Part shown: one piece after another, positions 18,681 to 27,728 of the stretch | Position numbering within the stretch: the first letter of the stretch is position 1 | How the letters are laid out: every line of letters begins with the position of its first letter | Virus record (IMG/VR): IMGVR_UViG_3300031151_000426 | Length of the DNA: 64,000 nucleotides | Direction: 5' to 3' (one strand) | Source: a virus | Lineage: Duplodnaviria > Caudoviricetes | Program-made: the position numbers and the translations under genes | The notes under the pieces: generated by a model | Databases searched by the model: none | What the model was told of the DNA's origin: nothing | What the model saw: only the letters and a program-made list of their open reading frames with translations

Positions 18681-19448
18681 TACCCTTCTTGGTTGTGTGA
18701 GAACTCCAAGAATACCACCGAGCCTAATGTGGTGAAAAGACAGGCAGCAGTTGCAGTACGGCATATGGCACATGTGCCGCAGCGGTCCGGGGATTCCTTG
18801 CAAGACATATCCAGATCCAGCGGATAGCCGGAATGTGCAAGCCAGGCGAGTACGACAGCCAGAAACGCTTCACCAGCGTGGCGATCAGGTGTGACACCTC
18901 GGAACAGACGAGGATGCAACGATGAGAGCACTATCTGTGAATAAGCACACCAGATCGAAATGCGATACGTGATGCCCAATCGATAGCTGTTAGAAACATC
19001 ATTTAGTGCTCTTAACGTTGTGGTGAAAGCAGGCACCGATGTGTCGGGACACAAGTGGAGTAACAAGAAACGATGTCGGCGAGTTCCCGGCCACCACAAC
19101 CAAATCACGTAGCCAGCGTGGTAACCCGTAGTAGCTGTACCAGATGCTGTGTGTAGTCTTGGCGGTCGGCAGTTGTGAATGTCCTTAATGTCGACCGCCC
19201 CTTTTACACAACTGAAAGCGCGTTCAGCCGGTTCCTTGAGAGGCCTCGGTCGTTAAATCAATCTCAGGAGAGCGCGCTCCCAATTGTGGAGAAGCTAACT
19301 GGCGGTGGCAGCCGCCCGTTTCACTAAGTGCCCAGGTAGGGTGCTTACTAAAACGAAACCCCTTTATTTTTTGTCGCCACCCGGCGAGGGATTCGTGCAA
19401 CCAAAAATCAGCGCTGTGCAGAGCGCTTATAACACGGAGAAACTATCC

Positions 19449-19808
19449 ATGACGAACACACAGAACGTCACCGAGTTACAACCACGCATGACCAGAGAGC
19501 AGCTTATCGACGCAGCTCGTAAGGCCGCCCCTCTCCTCCCTGCCGCTTACTGCTGGATGGTTAACGAACTGGCTACACGCCTTGATGTTACCAGCGTCGC
19601 GCTCTGTGAAGCGATGGCGCAGCGTAAGGAACTTGCTGAGCAGAACGCCACCCTGCGTGAGGATGTTACCTACTGGGCCAAAGAGTGCGATCGCATCGAA
19701 GAGCGCCACACCAAAACGCCTACCAACATGCACCTACTGGAAGCTCAGCGAGAACTCCGTGAGCTGCCTCGTGTCGTCATTTCCCTGAATAATGAGGTCA
19801 CTCTCTAA
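19449..19808 (+). CDS. Hypothetical phage early protein
   Basis: GGAG SD; coupled to the next gene. Confidence 0.7.
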   Translation: MTNTQNVTELQPRMTREQLIDAARKAAPLLPAAYCWMVNELATRLDVTSVALCEAMAQRKELAEQNATLREDVTYWAKECDRIEERHTKTPTNMHLLEAQRELRELPRVVISLNNEVTL

Positions 19809-20830
19809 TGGCTAACTCATTCAAGCAAATGACCAAGGCCGGTGTAATTAAGCGCACCGATACCGGGATGTTTATCGCTCTTTCCGATATCCACGTTCGT
19901 GAAGGTTTCAACAAGCGTGAAGACGATGAACGCACCCGCCAGGCTGATAATGACCTGTTCAACTATCTGATGAACGGCGGATCAGTTCCACCGATTGAAG
20001 TTATCGCGCGTGATGAAGGTGGTGTTTGGGTTGTTGAAGGTCACCGCCGTCGCCGCTGCTATGCGCGCTGTGCTGAAGCTGGCAAGCCAGTAGACCGCAT
20101 ACACATCATGCCGTTCAACGGTAACGATGTGCAGCGCCTGGCGCGCATCATGACCAGTAATAACCAGCTGCCGCTCTCCGATATGGAACAGGCTGCAGTT
20201 ATTCAGGAGCTGCATAACGCCTTCAACCAGACCACCAGCGAGATCGCAAAACTGGTCAATAAGTCAGTGGCCACGGTAGAGAAGTTGCTGCTTCTGAGCA
20301 CGGCGAACCATGACGTTCAACAGGAAGTTAAATCCGGTGCGGTGTCAGTCGATGTCGCAGTCGATCGCGTCATGGAGTATGGCGAACAGGCCGGAAAAGT
20401 TCTCCAGCACGATAAGGCTGTAGCGGCAGCCCAAGGGAAAACGAAAGTTACCCGCAGTTCTATCGCTCCTGAACTCAGCGTAAAGAACGCGCGCCGGTTC
20501 GTTGAGCTTATGGCTCAGGCCACGATCAGTGATGAAGGTGTTTTCACGCTTGAAGGAACTGCCCTTGCTGAAGCGCTGGCCATTATGGACGAGCACAAAG
20601 CAATAGCGGAAGCGCGTGAAACATACCGCCTGTCACAGCCAGTGCCTGAAACAGAGGTGGTAGGAAAAACGCTTTTCGTGAAACTGGAAGGAATTGAGAT
20701 CGGTACCGCTCAAATCTATCGCGGCAAGAACGTCATCCTGAATGGGATCGTCACCAGCCGGTCAAAGGCTGTTGCCCACTTCGTTAAGCAACACAAACTG
20801 CAGCAGGAAAATAATCATGACAGCCAATAA
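19808..20830 (+). CDS. ParB-like domain protein
   Basis: FN.R...VPPIEV...VVEGHRR followed by an HTH. Confidence 0.8.
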   Translation: MANSFKQMTKAGVIKRTDTGMFIALSDIHVREGFNKREDDERTRQADNDLFNYLMNGGSVPPIEVIARDEGGVWVVEGHRRRRCYARCAEAGKPVDRIHIMPFNGNDVQRLARIMTSNNQLPLSDMEQAAVIQELHNAFNQTTSEIAKLVNKSVATVEKLLLLSTANHDVQQEVKSGAVSVDVAVDRVMEYGEQAGKVLQHDKAVAAAQGKTKVTRSSIAPELSVKNARRFVELMAQATISDEGVFTLEGTALAEALAIMDEHKAIAEARETYRLSQPVPETEVVGKTLFVKLEGIEIGTAQIYRGKNVILNGIVTSRSKAVAHFVKQHKLQQENNHDSQ

Positions 20831-21437
20831 ATTTATGACCGGCGAACAGCTGGATGAACTCATGACTGTTGCAGTGAATATGCAACGCGATAGTGAAAAA
20901 TCGGGTGATCGCCCTACCGCTATGTTCGCTTATGCAGTTCAGGTTGCCGTTCTGGAGTTGCGCAAGGTTCGCAATCATGCTGCAAAAATACCTGAAACCA
21001 GCATGAGCATAGCCCGTTACTGGATTAGTCCTAACGGAATTGCCTGTGAAGATAATGAAGGCAAGTTTGTTAGATACGAAGACTATGCCGTACTTGAAGC
21101 CAGATGCACGGCGCTGGCTGCGGAGAATGCGGGGCTGAAGGACTGGAGTCCTAATCCGCATAGCGCCTCGATGTTTGAAGCTATCGAGAAAGCTGAGCAA
21201 CTCATGGATGACGGTATGCCTGAGCTGGCAATGGTCGAGGCGTTCGAGATTCTCAAGCTTAAACGAACCCAGGCCACCGATGCCTACCTGGCTGAAGTGC
21301 GGGCGCAGGCTGTTGATATGTGCTCAGCCGAGATACAGAAACAAACCTGGGATGAGCGAGAAGGTGATGGGATTGTCGCGGCAATTGACGCTATGGAAAT
21401 CTATGCACTTCAGCTTCGCAAAGGAGTGCAGTCATGA
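20817..21437 (+). CDS. Ead/Ea22-like early protein
   Basis: LAAENAGLK and ATDAYLAEVRAQ mosaic motifs. Confidence 0.7.
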   Translation: MTANKFMTGEQLDELMTVAVNMQRDSEKSGDRPTAMFAYAVQVAVLELRKVRNHAAKIPETSMSIARYWISPNGIACEDNEGKFVRYEDYAVLEARCTALAAENAGLKDWSPNPHSASMFEAIEKAEQLMDDGMPELAMVEAFEILKLKRTQATDAYLAEVRAQAVDMCSAEIQKQTWDEREGDGIVAAIDAMEIYALQLRKGVQS

Positions 21438-21646
21438 GCAAACCAACCGACGAAGAAATTATTCAGGCACTGACAGCGCATGGTCGATGCATGACCTACG
21501 TTGTGACCAACGTTCTCCGCCGAAAATACTGGCCTCTTGATACCGCATGCATACTGCGCCGCCTGAAGAAGCTAGAGGTGGAGGGAAAAGTTCGCCGCGT
21601 TAAAAGTAGCTACGCAGTCCAAATCTGCTGGGAGGCCGCCCAATGA
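21434..21646 (+). CDS. Small winged-HTH-like protein
   Basis: ATGA coupling; RRLKKLE..GKV. Confidence 0.65.
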   Translation: MSKPTDEEIIQALTAHGRCMTYVVTNVLRRKYWPLDTACILRRLKKLEVEGKVRRVKSSYAVQICWEAAQ

Positions 21647-22113
21647 GAAACATTGACAAACAAGATTTGACTGCTGAATCAGTGCGCGAGTCAGGAAACA
21701 TCCTGCTCATCGTAGCCGCTCGTATGGCTCGTCGTGAACTCTTCACACCACTGCATTACGTCAGAGAGCTTCCTCAGAAAGTGGTCAGTATGCGCGTATT
21801 CCGTGAAGCGCTGGAGAGGTCTGAGGAAACTCTACAGCGTGAAGTATGCAAAATCGTGGACGGTCACGATCTTATGCAAAAGAAGCTGAAAGAGGCTGAA
21901 GAAAAGCTGGAAGCCGCAGAGAAGCGCGTGGCCGAGCTGGAGGCCATCGCTAAATCTGTAAAATTTGACCCAATTCCAATGGAAGATTTAGGCAACAAGA
22001 GCGACGGCAAAAAACACCCATACATGTTTGGTGCTGGATATAACAGCGCAGTGGTTCACTGTGAAAGCGTGTTGCTTCAGGCGTTCGCCGCCGCAGCCGG
22101 TAAAGGAGAGTGA
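21643..22113 (+). CDS. Ead/Ea22-like coiled-coil protein
   Basis: LEAAEKRVAELEA motif; coupled. Confidence 0.65.
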   Translation: MRNIDKQDLTAESVRESGNILLIVAARMARRELFTPLHYVRELPQKVVSMRVFREALERSEETLQREVCKIVDGHDLMQKKLKEAEEKLEAAEKRVAELEAIAKSVKFDPIPMEDLGNKSDGKKHPYMFGAGYNSAVVHCESVLLQAFAAAAGKGE

Positions 22114-22295
22114 GCATGAAGCTTGATGTCACTCCTGCGCAGCTCGAAGCAATTAAGCGCCTAACCGATGACTGCGCATCGATGGTCGGCTGCGGTGAGG
22201 AAGAGTCAGACAAGGCGTGGTCGAAAAATATTGACCTGATTGACCGCATGCTCAAAAAGAATGGCCACGAACGGGAATTCAAAGGTGAGGACTAA
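22110..22295 (+). CDS. Hypothetical protein
   Basis: 61 aa, coupled, AAGGAG SD. Confidence 0.6.
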   Translation: MSMKLDVTPAQLEAIKRLTDDCASMVGCGEEESDKAWSKNIDLIDRMLKKNGHEREFKGED

Positions 22296-22298
22296 TCC

Positions 22299-22961
22299 AT
22301 GACATTAACCAAAGAATGGCTTCGGAAGACAATCGCGGAGCTTGAAGAAGAGCGCGATGCTGTGCCAGGCGCAGTAAACGAAGACGCGGCCAAGGCGCTC
22401 GCTGCGATGAAGCTGGCGCTGGCATCGCTCGAAGCTGAGCCTGCCATTCACCGCTGGCGTCGGGTGACCGTTGAGCCATACGGCCCTTATCCTTGGCATT
22501 ACGGTAATTTTATCGGCTTCTCAAAACCCGTTGAGGGAATTGAGGACGAGTATTATTACTCCGCCACGCCAGCGCCGGTATCTGTGAAAGACCACCAGAT
22601 TCGTGAGCTGGTAAATGAGCTGCGCGACATCGCTGTTGAGTACCACGGCACGCAGCAGCTGCGCGAACGCATTGCCAGAACCGTCCGCGCCGCCATGCTT
22701 CAGGGTGCAGATGGCAACTCTCCGGTGATGCCGGATGGTTGGGTAGCTTGCAGTGAGCGGATGCCAGATAAAGGCCAGAATGTGCTTATATCTGTGAACT
22801 TTGATAGCCCGCTGATTGAACCTTTAATCTGTTCAGCTCGCTATACAGGTAGTACGTTTCGAAGAGGTGACGTAACAGTTAAGCCAGGAGAGGGAGTTGA
22901 AGAGGTAACCCACTGGATGCCACTGCCAGCAGCACCGCAGCAGGAGGTGAAGAATGGCTAA
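22299..22961 (+). CDS. DUF551/Eaa-like protein
   Basis: GWVACSERMP ... VTHWMPLP. Confidence 0.85.
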   Translation: MTLTKEWLRKTIAELEEERDAVPGAVNEDAAKALAAMKLALASLEAEPAIHRWRRVTVEPYGPYPWHYGNFIGFSKPVEGIEDEYYYSATPAPVSVKDHQIRELVNELRDIAVEYHGTQQLRERIARTVRAAMLQGADGNSPVMPDGWVACSERMPDKGQNVLISVNFDSPLIEPLICSARYTGSTFRRGDVTVKPGEGVEEVTHWMPLPAAPQQEVKNG

Positions 22962-23256
22962 CCTGCAACTGGCTGTTAACGGTGAATACTTCGACCAGAT
23001 GAAGTCTGGTGAGAAAACCGAAGAGTACCGACTGGTAAATCCGTACTGGTGCCGCAGGCTATCGCATGGCCATAACCAGCAATTACCGCGGCGCTTTGAC
23101 CGCCTGATTATTACCCGCGGCTATCCAAAACGCGGGGACGCGAGCAAGCGCATCGACATCCCGTATGACGGTTACGAGGTGAAGGTGATAACACATCCGC
23201 ACTTCGGCCCCGACCCGGTGAAGGTCTTTGCCATCAGGGTGAACATCCATGCCTAA
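22954..23256 (+). CDS. ASCH-domain protein
   Basis: YFD.MKSGEKTEEYR signature. Confidence 0.75.
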   Translation: MANLQLAVNGEYFDQMKSGEKTEEYRLVNPYWCRRLSHGHNQQLPRRFDRLIITRGYPKRGDASKRIDIPYDGYEVKVITHPHFGPDPVKVFAIRVNIHA

Positions 23257-23322
23257 CCCATTCGACTTCGTGATGTTCGTGCTGCTGGCAATCTGCGCAC
23301 TTCAGCAAATGGGGTGGCTGCC

Positions 23323-23592
23323 ATGGTGAGTAAACTCAAACAGCGGCGCCTGCGCCGCCTTAAAGCCGACGTAGTCTGGTGGAAAGGTGAAGCATCGGAC
23401 CTGTACGACAGAGTCATGGAGCAGGCAGACGAAATAGCCGAACTCCGCAGGCTGGTTATCCGTGTGCCGATGCCGGTACTCATACCTAAAGAGATGGCCC
23501 ACCAGCTTTATTACACCGAAACGAACAGATGTCGTACCTGCAATGATGGCCTCCGTGGTGGTTGTTCATCATGCATTTTCTATAAGAGATAA
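23323..23592 (+). CDS. Hypothetical protein with C-terminal Cys cluster
   Basis: CRTC...CSSC. Confidence 0.6.
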   Translation: MVSKLKQRRLRRLKADVVWWKGEASDLYDRVMEQADEIAELRRLVIRVPMPVLIPKEMAHQLYYTETNRCRTCNDGLRGGCSSCIFYKR

Positions 23593-23625
23593 CCGGGTGC
23601 AGCCGGTTGAGTGGAGAACTATACG

Positions 23626-23853
23626 ATGAGCGGACAAAGCCAACGTTTTCTTACCCCTGATGACCTCTATCAGCTTACTGGTTATCGTCGCCCTTCCCTT
23701 CAGTGCCGAGCGCTGAAAGAAAGTGGTGTATTTTTCGTGCCACGTAAAGACGGCAGGCCAGGCACCACATGGGATCATGTAACCAACCCTGCAGGCCTCA
23801 AGCTGGTAGTAAACAATCCAGAGGAAGAAGAACCAAACTTTAAGGACATGTAA
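23626..23853 (+). CDS. Excisionase-like protein (DUF4224)
   Basis: LTGY..PS.Q...L...G.FF..R.DGRP; coupled to int. Confidence 0.85.
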   Translation: MSGQSQRFLTPDDLYQLTGYRRPSLQCRALKESGVFFVPRKDGRPGTTWDHVTNPAGLKLVVNNPEEEEPNFKDM

Positions 23854-24863
23854 TGCCCAGAATCCGCAAAAACCCAGATGATAACTGGATGCCGCCCCGC
23901 GTTCGCCGGGGCAAGTCAGCCTATGAGTTCAGAACGCCTGACGGAAGAACAGTAAGATTGTGCAACCACGATCTCACTAAGTCTCAGGTATGGGCAGCCT
24001 ATGAAAACTTCATCAACGATATCAAGGTTGGTTCCAACTTCCACGCACTTTGCGAAGAGTTTTTTAACTCTGGTGACTTTCATGAACTGGCAACAGAAAC
24101 CAGAAAGGATTACCGGAAATATGGTTCGAAGGTAAATGTTGTTTTCGGAAAGATGAAACCAGAAAATATCAAGCCGGAGCACATCAGAAAGTATATGGAT
24201 AAGAGAGGAGTTAAGAGCAGGGTTCAGGCGAACCGAGAGAAAGCGTTTATGTCGAGAGTGTTCAGGTGGGCATATGAGCGTGGCAAAGTGAAGATGAATC
24301 CATGCCAGGGTGTGAAGCAGTTTAAGGAGCAGGCGCGCACACGTTACGTCACGGACAAAGAATATGATGCACTATTCAGCGTTTCTTCGGTACCGGTGAA
24401 GATTGCTATGGAATTGGCCTATTTATGCTGTGCACGTCAGGGTGACATCCTGGATCTTAAAAAGAGTCAAATTCTTGATGAAGGTATTCTAATTCAGCAA
24501 AGCAAGACGGCAGTTAGTCAAATTAAAGCGTGGACAGTACGCCTGGCAAATGCGATCACCCTGGCTGATTCCCTTCCGTTAGCTAGCGGCATGGTAAGCC
24601 TGTACGTGATCCACCAGCAGTCAGGTTCTCGTTACACACGAGATGCATTTAACTCTCAGTGGATGAAGGCGAAAAAGTTAGCTGCAGAAAAATTTTCTGA
24701 GCTCGAATTTAACTTCACGTTCCATGATCTGAAAGCTAAAGGGATATCTGATCTGGAAGGAACGCTGCATGAGAAACAGGAAATTTCAGGCCACAAAAAT
24801 GCTTCGCAGACTGCAAGATATAACCGCAAAATATCTGTAGTGCCGGTGGTTGGAGGGCAGTAA
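23853..24863 (+). CDS. int: Tyrosine integrase of prophage 1
   Basis: CARQGD (R), QSKT, FHDLKAKG, SGH and ARY; adjacent to att. Confidence 0.93.
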   Translation: MPRIRKNPDDNWMPPRVRRGKSAYEFRTPDGRTVRLCNHDLTKSQVWAAYENFINDIKVGSNFHALCEEFFNSGDFHELATETRKDYRKYGSKVNVVFGKMKPENIKPEHIRKYMDKRGVKSRVQANREKAFMSRVFRWAYERGKVKMNPCQGVKQFKEQARTRYVTDKEYDALFSVSSVPVKIAMELAYLCCARQGDILDLKKSQILDEGILIQQSKTAVSQIKAWTVRLANAITLADSLPLASGMVSLYVIHQQSGSRYTRDAFNSQWMKAKKLAAEKFSELEFNFTFHDLKAKGISDLEGTLHEKQEISGHKNASQTARYNRKISVVPVVGGQ

Positions 24864-24887
24864 TGCCCTCTTTATCTGGTGAAGTCG

Positions 24888-24914
24888 AATGGCGAAACAA
24901 TGGCGAATGGCGAA
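24888..24914 (+). repeat. Three AATGGCGAA direct repeats, probable integrase arm sites
   Basis: Copies at 24888, 24899 and 24906, between int and the att core. Confidence 0.6.
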
Positions 24915-24925
24915 AAATAGACAAT

Positions 24926-24948
24926 AAAAAACCACCTTTCGGTGGTTT
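24926..24948 (-). terminator. leuZ-type tRNA terminator
   Basis: AAACCACC-GAAA-GGTGGTTT plus U-run on the minus strand, downstream of the tRNA 3' end. Confidence 0.8.
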
Positions 24949-24989
24949 ATACGACACTGCTTATCATTGATTTTATTCTACTTTTCCCA

Positions 24990-25046
24990 TGGTAGCCGGA
25001 GTGGGACTTGAACCCACACAGCGCGAACGCCGAGGGATTTTAAATC
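24990..25046 (-). pseudogene. leuZ: 3' fragment of tRNA-Leu(TAA): hybrid att site between the two prophages
   Basis: Minus strand GATTTAAAATCCCTCGGCGTTCGCGCTGTGTGGGTTCAAGTCCCACTCCGGCTACCA: anticodon loop, variable arm, T arm and CCA; the 5' half is absent. Confidence 0.92.
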
Positions 25047-25163
25047 GTGCGCTTTCTTCTTAAATATCAATTTGATAGCGCACTTTTTCATAACATCAAA
25101 TGTTAGCGCAACCTTTATCATTCAGTTACTTACAATAAGTTAATGTCCGATATTACGTATACA

Positions 25164-25204
25164 TTGACCATATCTACGATCCCATTTACTGTGTATGCAT
25201 ACAG
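25164..25204 (+). promoter_or_regulatory. LexA-repressed promoter (SOS box)
   Basis: TTGACC-17-TACTGT with CTG-TGTATGCATA-CAG (25189-25204) overlapping the -10. Confidence 0.85.
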
Positions 25205-25222
25205 CGAGAAAAGGATGGTTTT

Positions 25223-25492
25223 ATGGCTACCGCAAAAGAGTCGAATGCAGGAGCAATGCCTGAGTTAACTGATTTTGCTATCAGTTACTGCGCGCTCACA
25301 GAACATGTTCTGTTACACGCCAAATTTACAGACACTATGGCTTCTGTCCCATCATGGCCGTCAGTGCAATTCCCTGATCAAACGATCTGCTTGTCCCGCA
25401 GACAAGCTGAAAATCTCCTGCATGAACTAAAGAAAGCCGTCGATTACATAGATGCTGGCATTGAGCATCCTTCCATTAAATTCATCGACTAA
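25223..25492 (+). CDS. SOS-controlled hypothetical protein
   Basis: 89 aa, AAGGA SD, first gene after the SOS box. Confidence 0.7.
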   Translation: MATAKESNAGAMPELTDFAISYCALTEHVLLHAKFTDTMASVPSWPSVQFPDQTICLSRRQAENLLHELKKAVDYIDAGIEHPSIKFID

Positions 25493-25502
25493 AAGGTGTC
25501 TC

Positions 25503-25769
25503 ATGTTCGTTGAACTGGTCTATGACAAGCGAAATGTTGAAGGGCTCCAAGGGGCCAGAGAAATTATTCTGGCCGAGCTGACGAAGCGGGTGCACCAGAT
25601 TTTCCCTGATGCCGAAGTGAAGGTGAAGCCGATGCAGGCGAACGGTTTGAATAGCGATGCAAGTAAAAACGATCGTGAAAAGCTGAACCGCATGCTGGAG
25701 GATATGTTTGAAGAGTCCGACATGTGGCTGGTTTCTGAATTCCCATCAGTCCGCCAAGTTGGACTGTAA
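25503..25769 (+). CDS. dinI: DinI-family protein
   Basis: MFVELVYDKRN...EL.KR....FPDA.V.V...EESDMW. Confidence 0.88.
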   Translation: MFVELVYDKRNVEGLQGAREIILAELTKRVHQIFPDAEVKVKPMQANGLNSDASKNDREKLNRMLEDMFEESDMWLVSEFPSVRQVGL

Positions 25770-25897
25770 TATCTCATAGGATTCAGCAAGATGATGCTGA
25801 GGTGTCGATCTTATGTCGTGATGGTGGTAGCCTATGTACCTTTGAAAACTGACGTATAGATTATGCGGTTCTATCTTAGGATCGAGGTGAGCGATAA

Positions 25898-26071
25898 ATG
25901 AAAATTTCCATATCATCTTTGTCAAAGTGGGCCGTTAGATTAGCTGGAAGTTTAAGCGCATTATTCCTTTTGACAGGAAAGTCATGGGGTGATATGTCAC
26001 TTGCTACCATCGAGGTCTTAGCAATTATCATGTGGGCAGAAACTGAATATAGATTTTTGAAGAAAAAGTAG
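25898..26071 (+). CDS. Small membrane protein (57 aa, below ORF-track cut-off)
   Basis: GAGGTG SD; MKISISSLSKWAVRLAGSLSALFLLTG...KKK. Confidence 0.5.
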   Translation: MKISISSLSKWAVRLAGSLSALFLLTGKSWGDMSLATIEVLAIIMWAETEYRFLKKK

Positions 26072-26129
26072 GTTTCTGGTTTTTAAATATATTTTTTAAG
26101 ACAGTTACTATTTTTAAGGTTGTTCACAA

Positions 26130-27284
26130 ATGAATGTTTTTGTTGAATATGCGATTTTGTTTACTTTCTTAATAGGGTGCGGATTAATATTTTCCTTACC
26201 TAAGTTTGGTTTTGTGGATGACAAAGAAATTTCCAATACAAATCATAACACCCCAATGGATGCATTAAGATTTTTTCTTGCGTCTTTTGTATTCATCAGT
26301 CATGAGATAGGTTTCTTTTATTATTTTACTGATGGTAAATTCACACATCCATTTGTTGGCATTAGTATGCTTTCGCATGTTGGTGTGGCTTTATTTTTCT
26401 CTATTACAGGGTATCTATTCTGGGGTAAAATTAAGCGAGGCAGTGTAAATTGGATTTCTTTGTATAAAGGGAGATTCTTTAGAATAGTTCCTTTAGTATG
26501 GTTTAATTCATTACTTATTATTTTAGTTGTTTGCTTTCTCTCTAGAGAAATGCCAAGCATGAATGCATTACACTGGTTTGACTTTATAAATAATCACCGC
26601 CCTGATTTTACATCATATAAAGAAACATTTATGTTCACGGCTGGTGTATTTTGGACTCTTGCTTTTGAGTGGGGTTTTTACATAGCTCTTCCTGCCTTAT
26701 CGTTGATTGTAAAAAGATCTTTTGAATTCAGCATGTTCTTTGTGTTCGTTCTCGTTTACGCTTCTCCTTACATAACATTAAAAATTCCTTTTAACTTTTT
26801 TTTGTTTTTTGCTATAGGAATGCTTGCGTCAGACGTTGCGGAAAAAATTAATTTACAACAAAAACACTTTAATTTCATATTCATTTCCTCTCTGATTGCT
26901 TTGTTATTTTGCGATGACAGGATTTACCGAGTTGACTCTTTCTCGAATGTTCTTTTGTTTTTAATCATACTTAGCGTAGCTAAAGGGGCAGATTTATTTG
27001 GATTGCTTAGCATAAGAGGATTCAGGCGGTTGGGTGTCGCAAGTTATAGCATATATGTAATGCATGCTTTCGTTATAATGTGTGCGTTCAAGCTATTCAA
27101 CTCGCTAGGTATCTTAAAAAACAATCCAATTACAATAATGCTATCTCTAAGTATTTCCGTACTGTATATTTCATTAATAACATACCATTTAATTGAGAAA
27201 AGATTCATGACCCTTGGTCGAGGGGTTAAATTTAACGCACCCGCACTTACAGATAAAAATGCTAACCAAATAGAAAAACCATAA
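26130..27284 (+). CDS. Acyltransferase-3 family membrane O-acyltransferase (moron)
   Basis: DALR....V..SH, GV.LFF..TGY, R.FRI.P, WTL..EW.FY, G..SYSIY..H and IEK; very AT-rich. Confidence 0.9.
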   Translation: MNVFVEYAILFTFLIGCGLIFSLPKFGFVDDKEISNTNHNTPMDALRFFLASFVFISHEIGFFYYFTDGKFTHPFVGISMLSHVGVALFFSITGYLFWGKIKRGSVNWISLYKGRFFRIVPLVWFNSLLIILVVCFLSREMPSMNALHWFDFINNHRPDFTSYKETFMFTAGVFWTLAFEWGFYIALPALSLIVKRSFEFSMFFVFVLVYASPYITLKIPFNFFLFFAIGMLASDVAEKINLQQKHFNFIFISSLIALLFCDDRIYRVDSFSNVLLFLIILSVAKGADLFGLLSIRGFRRLGVASYSIYVMHAFVIMCAFKLFNSLGILKNNPITIMLSLSISVLYISLITYHLIEKRFMTLGRGVKFNAPALTDKNANQIEKP

Positions 27285-27326
27285 AAAGAGGGGGGGGAGC
27301 CCCTCTTTCATTTTTTGATAAATATA

Positions 27327-27728
27327 TTAAGTGGCAGGAATTTCGGGCCATGTAATATCTGGCGCAGTTGATGTATCAACAGCCTCCAGTGCATCCATAT
27401 AGTCCAGCCATTCATTAAATGACTGCTTATCCTCATCAGACAGGCGTCCAAGTGCCAATTTCGAAGGCCACTGGTTGCTATCGATATAGCTATTGGCATC
27501 ATTGATTAATGACTGCTTTTGGTTTTCTGCCTGCTCAACAAGCTCTTCATGCGTAGGTTCTGGCTCAGGCGGAGCTTTAAACTCTTTGCCGTCATAACTC
27601 CAGCCGATACCAACGCCGAGCCCATCAATGTTTACAGTCTCATACCCTTCAAAAATATTTCCCTCGCCATCCCACACGACAGTATTTACGACCTGCCCGT
27701 CCTTAATCAGTGCATAAATAGACATCAT
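27327..27728 (-). CDS. Tail fibre assembly chaperone
   Basis: W..Y..AL..VDT..APDI.WPE.P. Confidence 0.88.
   Translation of the reverse strand: MMSIYALIKDGQVVNTVVWDGEGNIFEGYETVNIDGLGVGIGWSYDGKEFKAPPEPEPTHEELVEQAENQKQSLINDANSYIDSNQWPSKLALGRLSDEDKQSFNEWLDYMDALEAVDTSTAPDITWPEIPAT

Larger units (their letters stand above)
1..25046. mobile_element. Prophage 1 (HK97-like lambdoid cos phage); left part lies outside the window
   Basis: Continuous lambdoid gene order int-xis-pL genes-cI/cro-rep-nin-Q-lysis-HNH-cos-terS-terL-portal-protease, ending at a tRNA-Leu 3' fragment. Confidence 0.95.

Noticed and set aside
24990-25046. Intact tRNA-Leu gene
   Set aside because: The D-arm and 5' acceptor strand are absent; the sequence diverges right after the anticodon region, so it is an att fragment.
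25084-25112. Third Xer-like site near the att junction
   Set aside because: Only TTTCATAACAT partially resembles an arm and the geometry does not fit 11-6-11; more likely an integrase arm or host-factor site.
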